Origin: an uncultured Gemmatimonadales bacterium
Lineage (GTDB): Bacteria > ARS69
DNA length: 64,000 nucleotides
Reading direction: 5' to 3'
Assembly (NCBI GenBank): GCA_963725045.1
Contig: CAVRWY010000005.1
Span: forward strand, 14,079-78,078
Position 1 is the first letter of the stretch. The number at the start of each line of letters is the position of its first letter. The position numbers and the translations under genes are program-made. The notes beneath the pieces are model-generated. The model did not search any database and was not told the origin of the DNA. It was given only the letters and a program-made list of their open reading frames with translations. Below are positions 10,990-20,697 of the stretch, piece by piece.

Positions 10990-11400
10990 TCATCCCTGTC
11001 CCAAACTCGCGCCCAGGGTGACGAGAAGCTCGTCCAGTTGCTCGAACGTCTCTCCCATCGCATCCGCCGCCCCGGTGCCGGCGGCGTCGAGAGCTTCCTT
11101 CGAGGGATAAAGCTCGTGCATGACCAGCAACGTCTTGCCGCCTTTTTCCGCGAAGGTCACCGTCGTGACGGAACCCTCGTCACTTTCCTCATTGGTCCAG
11201 ACGAGGCGCGAGTGCGGTGTTACTTCCTTGTACGTGCCGAAGAACGCCGACTGTGAGTCCCCGTGTGCGAACTCCAAACGGTACCTGCCCCCGACACGAA
11301 CATCCATTTCGCAGGAAAGCAGGGACATTCCCATCGACTTCGGCACCCACCACTGCCTGAACAGCTCGGGCTTGTCGGTCGCGCTGCGCGCTCCCTCTGG
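10990..11400 (-). pseudogene. SRPBCC (AHSA1/polyketide-cyclase-like) protein, 5'-truncated
   Basis: PELFRQWWVPKS...VRVGGRYRLEF matches the AHSA1 core. In-frame stop about 17 codons upstream of the conserved PELxxxWW with no start codon. Confidence 0.55.
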
Positions 11401-11461
11401 CGCCCGCAGCTGAACGCCGGTACGTTAGACCGACTCCGAAGGACGTGGAGAGACGCCTCTT

Positions 11462-12526
11462 GTGGTTTCCTGCGACCGCGTGTGCGAGCCTGACCCTATG
11501 GCGACTCCTGTGGAAGTAGCGGAGCTGGCATCACGACTCGATGGGGTGGTCGACCAGACGCAGTTCTACGGCGTTGCTCAGGTCGCTCTCTATGGTCGAG
11601 TCTTGTACGAACGAGCCACGGGGTACTCGGATCGCGCTCATCAAGTGCCGAACACATCCGAGACCGAGTTCGCAATTGCTAGTGGGACGAAGACCTTCAC
11701 TGCAGTCACCGTGATGTCACTCGTTCAGGACGGTGTGCTTCATCTGGACGATGAAGTCCACGGTTTTTTCGGTCCCGCGGGTGACGTGGTCCAGCCGGGG
11801 GTGACGGTCCGGCATCTGCTTGCGCATACATCTGGGCTCGGCGACTACCTCGACGAAGAACAGATCGGGGACAACGACGACTACGTCCTCGACGTCCCCG
11901 TCCATCGCCTGACTGGACCGGCGGAGTTCCTACCACTCTTGCGTGGTCGTACTGCGACGTTCCCGCCCGGAGCGAGGTTCAAGTACTGCAACTCGAGCTA
12001 CGTCCTTCTGGCGCTGATCATCGAGCGCGCTGCCGGCTGTAGTTACTATGATGCCGTCCACCAGAGGGTTCTTCGCCCCGCCGGCATGCACCAGACGGCA
12101 TTCTTGCGGCTCGATGAGCTGCCCGGTTCCGCAGCGATCGGGTATCTTCCGAATCGCGGCTGGCGAGCGAACCACCTTCACCTTCCCGTTCGGGGAGGCG
12201 GGGACGGCGGCGCTTACTCGACGGTAGCTGACATTGGTCGATTTTGGAGGGAGCTTTTCGCGGGCAACATCGTTGCGCGTGAAATGGTTGAGTCGATGAT
12301 TCACCCGCATCATGCGCCTTCGGAGAGCTCGCGGGGCTACGGACTCGGATTCTGGCTCGCGCGGGACGCTCGTACGGTCCAGCTCGAAGGCGCCGATGCT
12401 GGAATCTCGTTCCGTTCAGGGTTCGCGCCGCGGACGGGTCTCCTGTACACGGTCATCTCGAACACGACCTCTGGTGCTTGGCCCGTCGTAAAGGAATTGG
12501 AATCCGTAGTCGGTACAAACCCCTGA
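11462..12526 (+). CDS. serine hydrolase, beta-lactamase/PBP-like family
   Basis: S-x-x-K active-site motif IASGTKTF. Beta-lactamase-like size and layout. Confidence 0.7.
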   Translation: MVSCDRVCEPDPMATPVEVAELASRLDGVVDQTQFYGVAQVALYGRVLYERATGYSDRAHQVPNTSETEFAIASGTKTFTAVTVMSLVQDGVLHLDDEVHGFFGPAGDVVQPGVTVRHLLAHTSGLGDYLDEEQIGDNDDYVLDVPVHRLTGPAEFLPLLRGRTATFPPGARFKYCNSSYVLLALIIERAAGCSYYDAVHQRVLRPAGMHQTAFLRLDELPGSAAIGYLPNRGWRANHLHLPVRGGGDGGAYSTVADIGRFWRELFAGNIVAREMVESMIHPHHAPSESSRGYGLGFWLARDARTVQLEGADAGISFRSGFAPRTGLLYTVISNTTSGAWPVVKELESVVGTNP

Positions 12527-12628
12527 ACAGGGACGTCCGGACATTCTCAAGCGACGCGGTCTAACTTCACGTTGCTCCCGACGAGGCCCTCGCTGCGCTC
12601 GGGACCTCGCGGGAGAACGTGGAGGCGT

Positions 12629-12928
12629 TTAGGCAACCTTCCTTGCGCGAGACAGCACGAACTGGACCTTGATTCCTGCGCGTCCGAGCATCCCGACGAG
12701 CCCATCGACACTGAAGCGTTCGATCCTTCCGCGCGCGAGGTCGCTGATCCTCGGTTGCGTGACCCCGAAGAGCTTGGCTGCTTCAGACTGCGTGAGATCC
12801 CGTGACTCGATGATTTTCCCGATCTGAATCATGAGATCGGAGCGAATTCGGAGATTCTCCGCTTCCCCAGCCGAGAAGCCAAGGTCTCGAAAAACGTTTC
12901 CAGAAGAGTGCCGAGCCCTCGATTTCAC
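12629..12928 (-). CDS. HTH_37-type (HigA/XRE-family) antitoxin-like DNA-binding protein
   Basis: SGNVFRDLGF...LRIRSDLMIQIGKIIESRDLTQSEAAKLFGVTQPRISDLARGRIERFSVDGLVGMLGRAG resembles the HTH_37 / HigA antitoxin family as recalled. GTG start. Confidence 0.6.
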   Translation of the reverse strand: MKSRARHSSGNVFRDLGFSAGEAENLRIRSDLMIQIGKIIESRDLTQSEAAKLFGVTQPRISDLARGRIERFSVDGLVGMLGRAGIKVQFVLSRARKVA

Positions 12929-13035
12929 TTGGATCCTTTCCTGGAGGCGCGACGCGCGAGCAGCTCCTTGAATCGTGCACGTGCCAGTTCGACGTCGGCT
13001 AGGGTCGTGGCCCGCGATCGATCAGGGGCTTGTCG
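12925..13035 (-). pseudogene. remnant C-terminus of a Gp49/HigB-type toxin (about 37 codons, no start)
   Basis: Translated tail ...LADVELARARFKELLARRASRKGSK* resembles the C-terminus of Gp49/HigB-type toxins as recalled. Its TGA overlaps the antitoxin GTG in a 4-nt GTGA, the classic TA coupling. In-frame TAG lies 37 codons upstream. Confidence 0.3.
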
Positions 13036-13149
13036 CTAACTTTGGGACACATATACGGACTTATATGTCCGGTCAAGGGCTGCCTAGCCCGCCCTTGCGG
13101 CGGGCGGTCACCGGGTGAGAAGCTGCCACAGTTGAGAGAGCGGGCCGTG

Positions 13150-13179
13150 GCGCTTCGCAGTCGATCGCGCGTCGCGCGT
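13150..13179. repeat. 30-nt repeat copy B (GCGCTTCGCAGTCGATCGCGCGTCGCGCGT)
   Basis: Partner of copy A at 10734-10763. Confidence 0.4.
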
Positions 13180-13276
13180 AGTTTCAGGTGGAGTAGCTCG
13201 GGTGGTAACGAGCGCATGCGGTCGCACTGCTCGGCGCGGGTTCGGCGTCACTCAATCCACGCAGGAGTTCTTGAAG

Positions 13277-13774
13277 GTGTCGAGCATCCCATTCATCCCA
13301 GCCGACTTCGCAGTTCCCGAGAAACTCGAGACCAAGGAGTTCCGGCTTCGGATGCTGACGGTCAATGACCTGATCAAGGACTACGATGCGGTCATGACCA
13401 GTGTTGATCACCTCAAGACCATTTGGCCTGGCGGCAGGTGGCCGGAAGGTCTAACCCTCGAGCAAGATCTGATCGACCTTGGGTGGCATCAGAAGGAGTT
13501 CCAGACTCGACGGTCGTTCGCCTATACGGTCGTGACTCCATCCGAGTCCATGGTCATTGGTTGCGTGTACATCGAGCCGACGCACAAGCGCGGATATGAC
13601 GCAGTTGTGTACCTGTGGGCACGTCAGAGCGAGCTCGCCGGAGGTCTCGAAACACGGCTCTACGCCGTAGTCAAGGAGTGGATCGCGAAGGAGTGGCCGT
13701 TCAATGCGGCTGCGTTTCCCGGAAGGGACGTTGCTTGGGACATCTGGAGATCCACTCCGAACGAGAAGCGGTAG
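13277..13774 (+). CDS. GNAT-family N-acetyltransferase-like protein (start uncertain, 13202 or 13277)
   Basis: Acetyltransf_3-like arrangement (FRLRMLTVNDL...VIGCVYIEPTHKRGYDAVV). Weak family assignment. Confidence 0.4.
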   Translation: MSSIPFIPADFAVPEKLETKEFRLRMLTVNDLIKDYDAVMTSVDHLKTIWPGGRWPEGLTLEQDLIDLGWHQKEFQTRRSFAYTVVTPSESMVIGCVYIEPTHKRGYDAVVYLWARQSELAGGLETRLYAVVKEWIAKEWPFNAAAFPGRDVAWDIWRSTPNEKR

Positions 13775-13853
13775 TACGGAACCTGAGCTCGTATTTGATC
13801 TTGCCGTAAACGATTCCATCCACTCAGTATCGTTTGCTAATCGTGAGGAGATG

Positions 13854-14372
13854 CTCATGCGTATGCGGCTGACTCGCTTCTTTCTTTGGATCTCCGTCAT
13901 TGGATGGGGCATCCTCATCGGCGGCAAGCTGTTCGACCTGCGCGTGCTCGTGGGCGCCTGGAGTGCTTCACCACCCGAATCGTTGTCACTCCTCCCGTAT
14001 GGACCTCGCTGGCCCGTCGATACCGGCGAATACTTCTTTCCAAGCTCGGTCGCCCTGCTCGTCTGCTCCTTCGGGGCTCTCCTCGCGGGTTGGTCAACAC
14101 CACTGCGCTATCGCGTTTGGCTGGCACTGCCGCCCCTCATGATGCTCGCCATCCTGGCATTCACAATCTCCTGGTTCTGGCCTCAGAACGCCGCGTTGTG
14201 GGCCGTATCCCAGGGTGCTCCGACCGCCGAAACCGATCCTGCGATCGTGCGTGACATGGTTCAGCGCTGGGTGGCTTACGACTGGCTGCGGGTCACGATG
14301 GGATTCGTTGGCCTCATTGCCGCCGTCAAGGCGATCAGCGTCCCGTTCCCGGCCTTGGCGAAATCCACCTAG
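13854..14372 (+). CDS. hypothetical 4-TM membrane protein
   Basis: Hydrophobic helices. Start taken at MLMRMRLTRFFLW. No family recognised. Confidence 0.4.
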   Translation, partial: LMRMRLTRFFLWISVIGWGILIGGKLFDLRVLVGAWSASPPESLSLLPYGPRWPVDTGEYFFPSSVALLVCSFGALLAGWSTPLRYRVWLALPPLMMLAILAFTISWFWPQNAALWAVSQGAPTAETDPAIVRDMVQRWVAYDWLRVTMGFVGLIAAVKAISVPFPALAKST

Positions 14373-14571
14373 CGTCACGACGGGTTCTCATGTGTGCCTC
14401 GGGGATCACGGAATTTGAGTTGATCGCCGACCCCGAATTCTCATAGCATTTTCTCAGAGAATCGCCACGGACTCCTCACCCTCCGGAGTCGTGCCGCGGC
14501 CAGCTCTCCAGGTCAGCGCGATTCGTCGAAGGTTTCCCCGATCAGCAGATTTGATTCCACGAGGTACCGTC

Positions 14572-16167
14572 ATGAAGACTCCGTTGCTGGCACTCCTGAT
14601 TCTCGGGTCCGCGATTTCGACTGCAGAGGCGCAGGTCACACAGGAATGGGTGGCACGATATGCGAGCGCCACCACCTACAACGACGTTCCGTATGCCATG
14701 ACCGTCGATGCCGAGGGCCACGTCTACGTCACCGGAACCACGGCCACGCCCACGGGCGGGAACGACTGGGCCACGATCAAGTACAACTCGGCAGGTGATC
14801 AGGTGTGGCTCCGCACACTGGACGGAGGCGGGTCGGATGCCGCCTTTGCGATCACGACGGACAATGCCGGCAACGTCTACGTGACCGGAAGCAGCGCTGG
14901 TGGACTCTATTCCATGACGGCGAAGTACAGCGCCGCCGGCGACCAGCTCTGGGTACAGTCCTTCACAACGATCGGCGAGGGAGACGCTGGTACCGACATC
15001 GCCGTCGATCACGACGGCAATGTGTACGTGACGGGATACAACGTCGAGACCAGCACCGGCCTCGATATCATCACGATCAAGTACAGCCCGGGCGGCGCCG
15101 AGCTCTGGGTGCGGCGATACGATTCGGGAAATGGAGAGGACGTGCCCGCGGCGATCGCCTGCGACGCTTCCGGCATCTACGTGACGGGCCGGAGCAGTGC
15201 CGTCTTCACCACGATCAAGTACGACTTCGACGGAGACCAGCAGTGGGTGCGGAACTACAACGGCGGATTCGGCTCCGATGCGGCGGCAGCGTTGATCGTA
15301 GACGCGGCCGGCAATGTCTACGTCACCGGACAGAGCACCGGGTCCGGCACCAACGCCGATTACGCGACGATCAAGTACGACGCGGCGGGCACTGAGCAGT
15401 GGGTCCGCCGATATGACGGACCGACGACCGTGTTTCTCCACGACTACGATCGTGCCGCGGCCCTCGCCATCGACGTGAACGGAAACGTGTTCGTGACGGG
15501 GAACAGCTCGGATGATTTCGCGACCGTCAAGTACGACGCCGCGGGCACGGAGATCTGGGTACGCCGGTACAACGGCCCGGCCGCCGGCGCTGATTGGGCA
15601 ACTGCGATTGCGGTCGATGCGTCGGGGAACGCCTATGTGAGCGGGTCGAGCTATGGCAACTCCACGACCCAGTACGACTTCGCCACACTCTCCTATGATC
15701 CTTCGGGCACGGTGCGATGGACCGAGCGCTACAACGGCCCGGGAAACTTCTATGACACTCCGTATTCGATCGCCGTCCATTCGTCCGGTGATGTCTATGT
15801 GAGCGGTTCGAGCGGTGGGAGCGGGACCGGACTCGACTACACGACGATCAAGTACGCGCCGGTGAGCACCTCCGTGGAGTCCGTAAGCGCGCCGCGCGGC
15901 GCCTTCGAGCTCCGGAGCGATCCGAATCCCTTCACGCTCACCACGAGGATTCGCTTTACGATCGCGCCGGGAACCCATCGCGATCACGTCCGGCTCGCCG
16001 TGTACGATGTTCGCGGCGCAGAGGTCGCGCTGCTCGTGAACGAGGTGCTCGCGCCGGGGACCTACGAACGGGAACTGAACGGAAGCACGCTCGAGAGTGG
16101 GATCTACTGGTCACGGCTCCAGGCGGGAGGTCTCTCGGAGACGCGGAAGATGGTCCACGTGAGGTAA
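14572..16167 (+). CDS. secreted SBBP/beta-propeller-repeat protein with T9SS-type C-terminal sorting domain
   Basis: Signal peptide MKTPLLALLILGSAISTAEA. About 10 repeats of the YVTG...(DW)ATIKY type. C-terminus NPF...AVYDVRGAEV...GIYW matches the Por_Secre_tail / FlgD-Ig-like pattern. GAGGT SD. Confidence 0.7.
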   Translation: MKTPLLALLILGSAISTAEAQVTQEWVARYASATTYNDVPYAMTVDAEGHVYVTGTTATPTGGNDWATIKYNSAGDQVWLRTLDGGGSDAAFAITTDNAGNVYVTGSSAGGLYSMTAKYSAAGDQLWVQSFTTIGEGDAGTDIAVDHDGNVYVTGYNVETSTGLDIITIKYSPGGAELWVRRYDSGNGEDVPAAIACDASGIYVTGRSSAVFTTIKYDFDGDQQWVRNYNGGFGSDAAAALIVDAAGNVYVTGQSTGSGTNADYATIKYDAAGTEQWVRRYDGPTTVFLHDYDRAAALAIDVNGNVFVTGNSSDDFATVKYDAAGTEIWVRRYNGPAAGADWATAIAVDASGNAYVSGSSYGNSTTQYDFATLSYDPSGTVRWTERYNGPGNFYDTPYSIAVHSSGDVYVSGSSGGSGTGLDYTTIKYAPVSTSVESVSAPRGAFELRSDPNPFTLTTRIRFTIAPGTHRDHVRLAVYDVRGAEVALLVNEVLAPGTYERELNGSTLESGIYWSRLQAGGLSETRKMVHVR

Positions 16168-16373
16168 GCCGGCGGGTAACTCCGTCGTCGCGGAGGAGAA
16201 TACGAGCGCACGACGAAGCGATCGCCGACCAGGAGCTGATCGCCCTGGTCGGCTCGCCCGCCAACGGCGCGATCGCGGTGTGGGAGGGGCGCCATCCACT
16301 GCTTGCAGTGGCCGGTCGCCGTGTGGAATGCTGGGAGTCGGCTTCCTCTTCCCCCTGCAGTGGAGGCGTACGA

Positions 16374-16961
16374 ATGAACTCGGCAAGAATCATTCTGCTC
16401 ATGGCCATGTCCGCGCTCCTCTTCTCCTGCGGCGACGACGGCCCCACGACGCCTGCGCCCGGTCCTGCTCAGAACAACCTCGTCTTCACGCGGGACGATC
16501 AGTCGCAGATCTCGTTTCCGAGCGACGCGGAGTTGTTCGTGTGGTGCGGACCGTGGCAGGAAGGCGAGGTGGACACGGCGAGCCTACAGGTCTTCTTCGG
16601 CGCCTCACCGAACCGATCGGCTGGCGATCTCCAGGCGGTCCTTTCCGACGTGACGGTCGGAGAGCCGCTCCCCTTCCCGAACTTCTTCATTTGGGATCAG
16701 CCGAAGGACGTGGACATCTTCGTCGCCGATGCCCCCAACGAGCTGTCCACATCGCAAGACGATTCGAGCGGGTCCATCGTGTTCCAGAAGCTGGATTGCG
16801 GGAGCGGAGGCGAGGTCGAGTTTTCGATCGACGCAGTCATTGATAGCGAATTCGGCGACGGCCCATCCATGCACGTGACGGGCACGTTTCGCGCTCCGAT
16901 CGGTCAGCGCCGCCGAGCTTCGGCACTGATGGCCAAGCTCACGACGCTTGCGAGAGCCTGA
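16374..16961 (+). CDS. hypothetical lipoprotein
   Basis: Lipobox-like LLFSCG after a hydrophobic signal peptide. Confidence 0.45.
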   Translation: MNSARIILLMAMSALLFSCGDDGPTTPAPGPAQNNLVFTRDDQSQISFPSDAELFVWCGPWQEGEVDTASLQVFFGASPNRSAGDLQAVLSDVTVGEPLPFPNFFIWDQPKDVDIFVADAPNELSTSQDDSSGSIVFQKLDCGSGGEVEFSIDAVIDSEFGDGPSMHVTGTFRAPIGQRRRASALMAKLTTLARA

Positions 16962-16976
16962 CCACTACTCCAGGCA

Positions 16977-18416
16977 ATGACTGTGACCGACCCGCAATCC
17001 CCGCCTGTGCCGGAATCCACGATCGACCGCCGGCCCTCCGTCTGGTCCGAGCTTCGCGACGCGATTCGCGGCACCGGCGCGGACTACACGAGGATTCCGC
17101 TCTCGCGTGCGGTGTTCCTGCTCGCGGTGCCGATGGTGCTGGAGCTCGTGCTCGAGTCGACGTTCGCGGTCGTCGACATCTATTTCGTCGGGAAGCTCGG
17201 CTCCTCCGCGGTCGCCACGGTCGGACTGACCGAGACGATGCTGTTCCTGCTCTATTCGGTCGGCATGGGTCTCGCGATGGCGGTGACCGCCGTGGTCGCG
17301 CGTCGCGTCGGCGAAGGGAAGTCCGACGAGGCCGCGATCACGGCGGTGCAGGCGATCTGGATTGCGCTCCTCGTCTCGGTGCCGTTCTCGATCGGCGGCA
17401 TCGTGTTCGCGCAGGACCTCTTGCGTCTGATGGGTGCCGACGCCTGGACGCTCGAGCACGGCTACCCTTACATGCAGTGGGCGCTCGGCAGCAACGCCGT
17501 GATCTTGTTGCTGTTCACGATCAACGCGATCTTCCGCGGTGCGGGCGATGCGGCCGCTGCCATGCGCGTGCTCTGGCTCGCAAACGGTCTCAACATCGTC
17601 CTCGATCCGATCCTGATCTTCGGCTGGGGTCCGATCCCGGCGCACGGGGTCGCCGGTGCCGCGATTGCGACGACCATCGGCCGCGGCGTGGGCGTTTTCC
17701 TACAATTGTGGATCCTTCTGCGGGGCGGGCACCACCTGCGTGTGCTGCGCTCGCAAATTCTCTGGCATGGTCCGACGATCTGGAACATCGCTCGGACTTC
17801 GTTCGGCGGCATCGGCCAGATGATCGTCGGCATGACGTCGTGGATCTTCCTGATGCGGATTCTCGCGGGCATCGGCAGCGAGGCGGTGGCAGGCGCCACG
17901 ATCGCGCTTCGCATCATGATGTTCACGATGATGCCGGCCTGGGGCATGTCGAACGCGGCCGCGACGCTCGTGGGCCAGAACCTCGGCGCGCAGCAACCCG
18001 GCCGCGCCGAAGCATCCGTTTGGCGCATCGGAGCCTACAACATGGCGTTCCTTCTCGCGGTGTCGGTCGCCTTCTTCGCGCTGCCACGCCAGCTCATGGG
18101 CATCTTCACCGCCGATCCCGCCGTGATTGCCATCGGCGCCGAGTGGCTCGGGATCTTGTCCTACTCGCTCTTCGTCTACGGCTGGTGGATGGTGTCGGTT
18201 CAGGCGTTCAACGGTGCCGGCGACACCGTCACACCGACCCGGATCAACGTCGTGTTCTTCTGGCTGATCCAGATTCCGCTGTCGTGGCTGCTCGCGGTGA
18301 AGCTCGACTGGCAGCACTCGGGGGTATTCTGGGGCGTGTTCGTATCGGAAACGTCCGTCGGACTATTCACGCTGTGGTTGTTCACGCGCGGGAGGTGGAA
18401 GACCGCGCAGGTGTGA
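16977..18416 (+). CDS. MATE-family multidrug efflux transporter (NorM/DinF-like)
   Basis: 12 predicted TM segments. MATE N-terminal signature VFLLAVPMVLELVLESTFAVVDIYFVGKLG. Confidence 0.8.
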   Translation: MTVTDPQSPPVPESTIDRRPSVWSELRDAIRGTGADYTRIPLSRAVFLLAVPMVLELVLESTFAVVDIYFVGKLGSSAVATVGLTETMLFLLYSVGMGLAMAVTAVVARRVGEGKSDEAAITAVQAIWIALLVSVPFSIGGIVFAQDLLRLMGADAWTLEHGYPYMQWALGSNAVILLLFTINAIFRGAGDAAAAMRVLWLANGLNIVLDPILIFGWGPIPAHGVAGAAIATTIGRGVGVFLQLWILLRGGHHLRVLRSQILWHGPTIWNIARTSFGGIGQMIVGMTSWIFLMRILAGIGSEAVAGATIALRIMMFTMMPAWGMSNAAATLVGQNLGAQQPGRAEASVWRIGAYNMAFLLAVSVAFFALPRQLMGIFTADPAVIAIGAEWLGILSYSLFVYGWWMVSVQAFNGAGDTVTPTRINVVFFWLIQIPLSWLLAVKLDWQHSGVFWGVFVSETSVGLFTLWLFTRGRWKTAQV

Positions 18417-18458
18417 TCAGAATGAATTCCTGGCCTTCGCCCGCTTCAGGAGCACGGA

Positions 18459-19029
18459 ATGCGACCTCTTCGGTATTCCATCAACGTCACGTTGGACGGG
18501 TGCGTCGATCATCGTGCAGGTTCCACGGACGAAGAACTGCATCGTTTCTGGGCCGAGAAACTCGCCCAGGCCGATGCCCTGCTCTTTGGCCGGGTCACTT
18601 ACGAAATGATGCAGGCCGCGTGGCGGTGGCCGGCAAATGGGCTGCGGCCCGAATGGATGGCCGAGTGGATGGAACCCTTCGCCCGCACGATCGACGCGGC
18701 CAAGAAGTACGTCGTGTCGAGCACCTTGAGCCAGGTCGATTGGAACGCGGAGCTCTTGCGCGGAGATCTGGCAACGGCCGTTCGAGCAGCTCAAGCGGGA
18801 GTCGGGCAAGGGACTGTTCGTGGGAGGCGTGACGCTCCCGCTGGCGTTGGCGGAGCTGGGATTGATCGATGAGTACGAGTTCGTGGTGCATCCCAGGCTG
18901 GCGGGTCATGGGCCGACGTTGTTCGCCGGGCTATCGAAGCATCTCGACTTGAAGCTCGTGAGCCGGCTGGAGTTCGGCTCGGGGGCGGTGGCGATGCGGT
19001 ATGAGCCGCGAACCGAGCATCGGGACTGA
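18459..19029 (+). CDS. dihydrofolate-reductase-family protein (RibD C-terminal domain), one +1 frameshift near 18800
   Basis: RibD_C-like YSINVTLDGCVD...GRVTYE...GKGLFVGGVTLPLALAELGLIDEYEFVVHPRLAGHG, split between frames 0 and 1. Confidence 0.6.
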
Positions 19030-19080
19030 AGTCTGCGCGGAAGCGGGTTAACCGTTTGGCGGACAAGGAACTCAATCGAC

Positions 19081-20216
19081 ATGTCTGAAGTCAGTGCAAA
19101 CCGGTCTCTTGTTGACGTTGAGCAGTGGATGATCACACGCAGTCAGTTGGGTGGTGCTCTGGCAGCACTCATCATGCTTGCCCCCGTCGGCGCAACCCCC
19201 TGCACGACGAAGCCGGACAGCGCCATCGATGCGCCTGCAATGCTCCGTTTCGAGACCGTGCGCTCCATCCTCGAAGACAGCAAGGGCAACTACTGGTTCG
19301 GAAGTTGGAGCGAGGGCGTCTGCCGATTCGACGGCGAGAGCCTCACCTATTTCACCGTGGAAGACGGCCTGAGCCACAACCAGATCAGGTCGATCCATGA
19401 GGATCGAAACGGAATTGTTTGGTTCGAGGGAGGGTCTGGGATCAGCGGCTTTGACGGGGAGAAAATCATCACCCCCACCAGCAGGAACTACTCATCGAAG
19501 GACAATTGGCTGCTGGAGACGGGAGACCTGTGGTTCAAGGAGGATGGAGGAGTCGGGGCGAACGAGATCGAAGGGGATCCGGGGGTGTATCGGTATGACG
19601 GAGAAACCTTCACCTACCTGACATACCCGCTCCCCGCGGATCGTGCCGAGGTCACGGCGTACGCGAGCACCGGCATTGCCAAGGGAAAAGGCGGGAGGCT
19701 CTGGTTCGCCACGTACACCGCGGTGATCGGGTACGACGGCAAGTCCTTCACCATCATCGACGACAAGAGCCTGGGCCTCAACGAGAGCACCGGTTGGCTT
19801 CACGTCCGTTGCGTCCTCGAGGACAGCAAGGGAAACCTCTGGATCGGGAACAATGGGATCGGGGTCATCCTGCATGATGGACACACCGCCACCCAATTCA
19901 CGCAGGAGAAGGGGCTCGGCAAGTTGGGGTCGCACGGCGGGAGAGCGACGCCTCAGCCTGGGGACGTGACGGATGGTTCCCCCTCGCTGCATCGGGTGTT
20001 CTCGATCGGAGAAGATCGTGCTGGGAACATTTGGTTCGGCACCGTCGAGATGGTGCCTGGCGGTACGACGGAAAGTCATTGAGGAACTTCTCGGCCGAAG
20101 ACGGCCTGACGAGCAAGGACATCATGGCCATCTACACGGACCGCCGGGGCGACCTTTGGTTGGGAGGGAACGGCGTGTTCAAGTTCAACGGAGAGTCGTT
20201 CGACCGGATCCACTGA
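19081..20216 (+). CDS. secreted two-component-regulator-propeller (Reg_prop) repeat protein, frameshift near 20050
   Basis: Repeats GNYWFGSW..GVCRFDG, NGIVWFEG, GNLWIGNNGIGV, GNIWFGT, GDLWLGGNGVFKFNG. No kinase domain. Confidence 0.55.
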
Positions 20217-20306
20217 CACGGTCCTTCGGTCGACCGAACACGCGGTTTGCAGCCGGTGGTCGCCCGGTGGGAACGCGTCGCGAATCGCCCTACCGTCGCC
20301 GCATCC

Positions 20307-20642
20307 TCAATCGCTCGAGTCTCTTTCTCGAAACGTGATTCGCACCGTCGTCTGTTCCAAGTCGGCGGAGATCGTCTCGATCTCGACTCGCGATCGCGGC
20401 ACGACGAACTTCTCCCCCACGGGAAGAGCCGGGGAGAGGAAATAGCCTTCCGGAGGAACCGAGGGATCGATGAGTGTGGTGACAAGGCCGCGACTCGTGT
20501 AGTCCGATTTCTTGTGCAATCGCATGATCGGACCTTCCGCCACATTCGTGGGGCTGTGGATGAAGAAGTGATCGAACCCGATGAGTTGGCGGTACTCGAT
20601 GTAGAGCGTCTCACCCTCTTGATTCAATCGAGGCATTCTCAA
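20307..20642 (-). CDS. hypothetical 111-aa cytoplasmic protein downstream of the metzincin lipoprotein
   Basis: ORF only. No family recognised. Confidence 0.35.
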   Translation of the reverse strand: MRMPRLNQEGETLYIEYRQLIGFDHFFIHSPTNVAEGPIMRLHKKSDYTSRGLVTTLIDPSVPPEGYFLSPALPVGEKFVVPRSRVEIETISADLEQTTVRITFRERDSSD

Positions 20643-20697
20643 GACCTTGGGGAGCGAGGAGAGCGGAGTCGATAGGGGGCCAATGGAATACTCCCCG

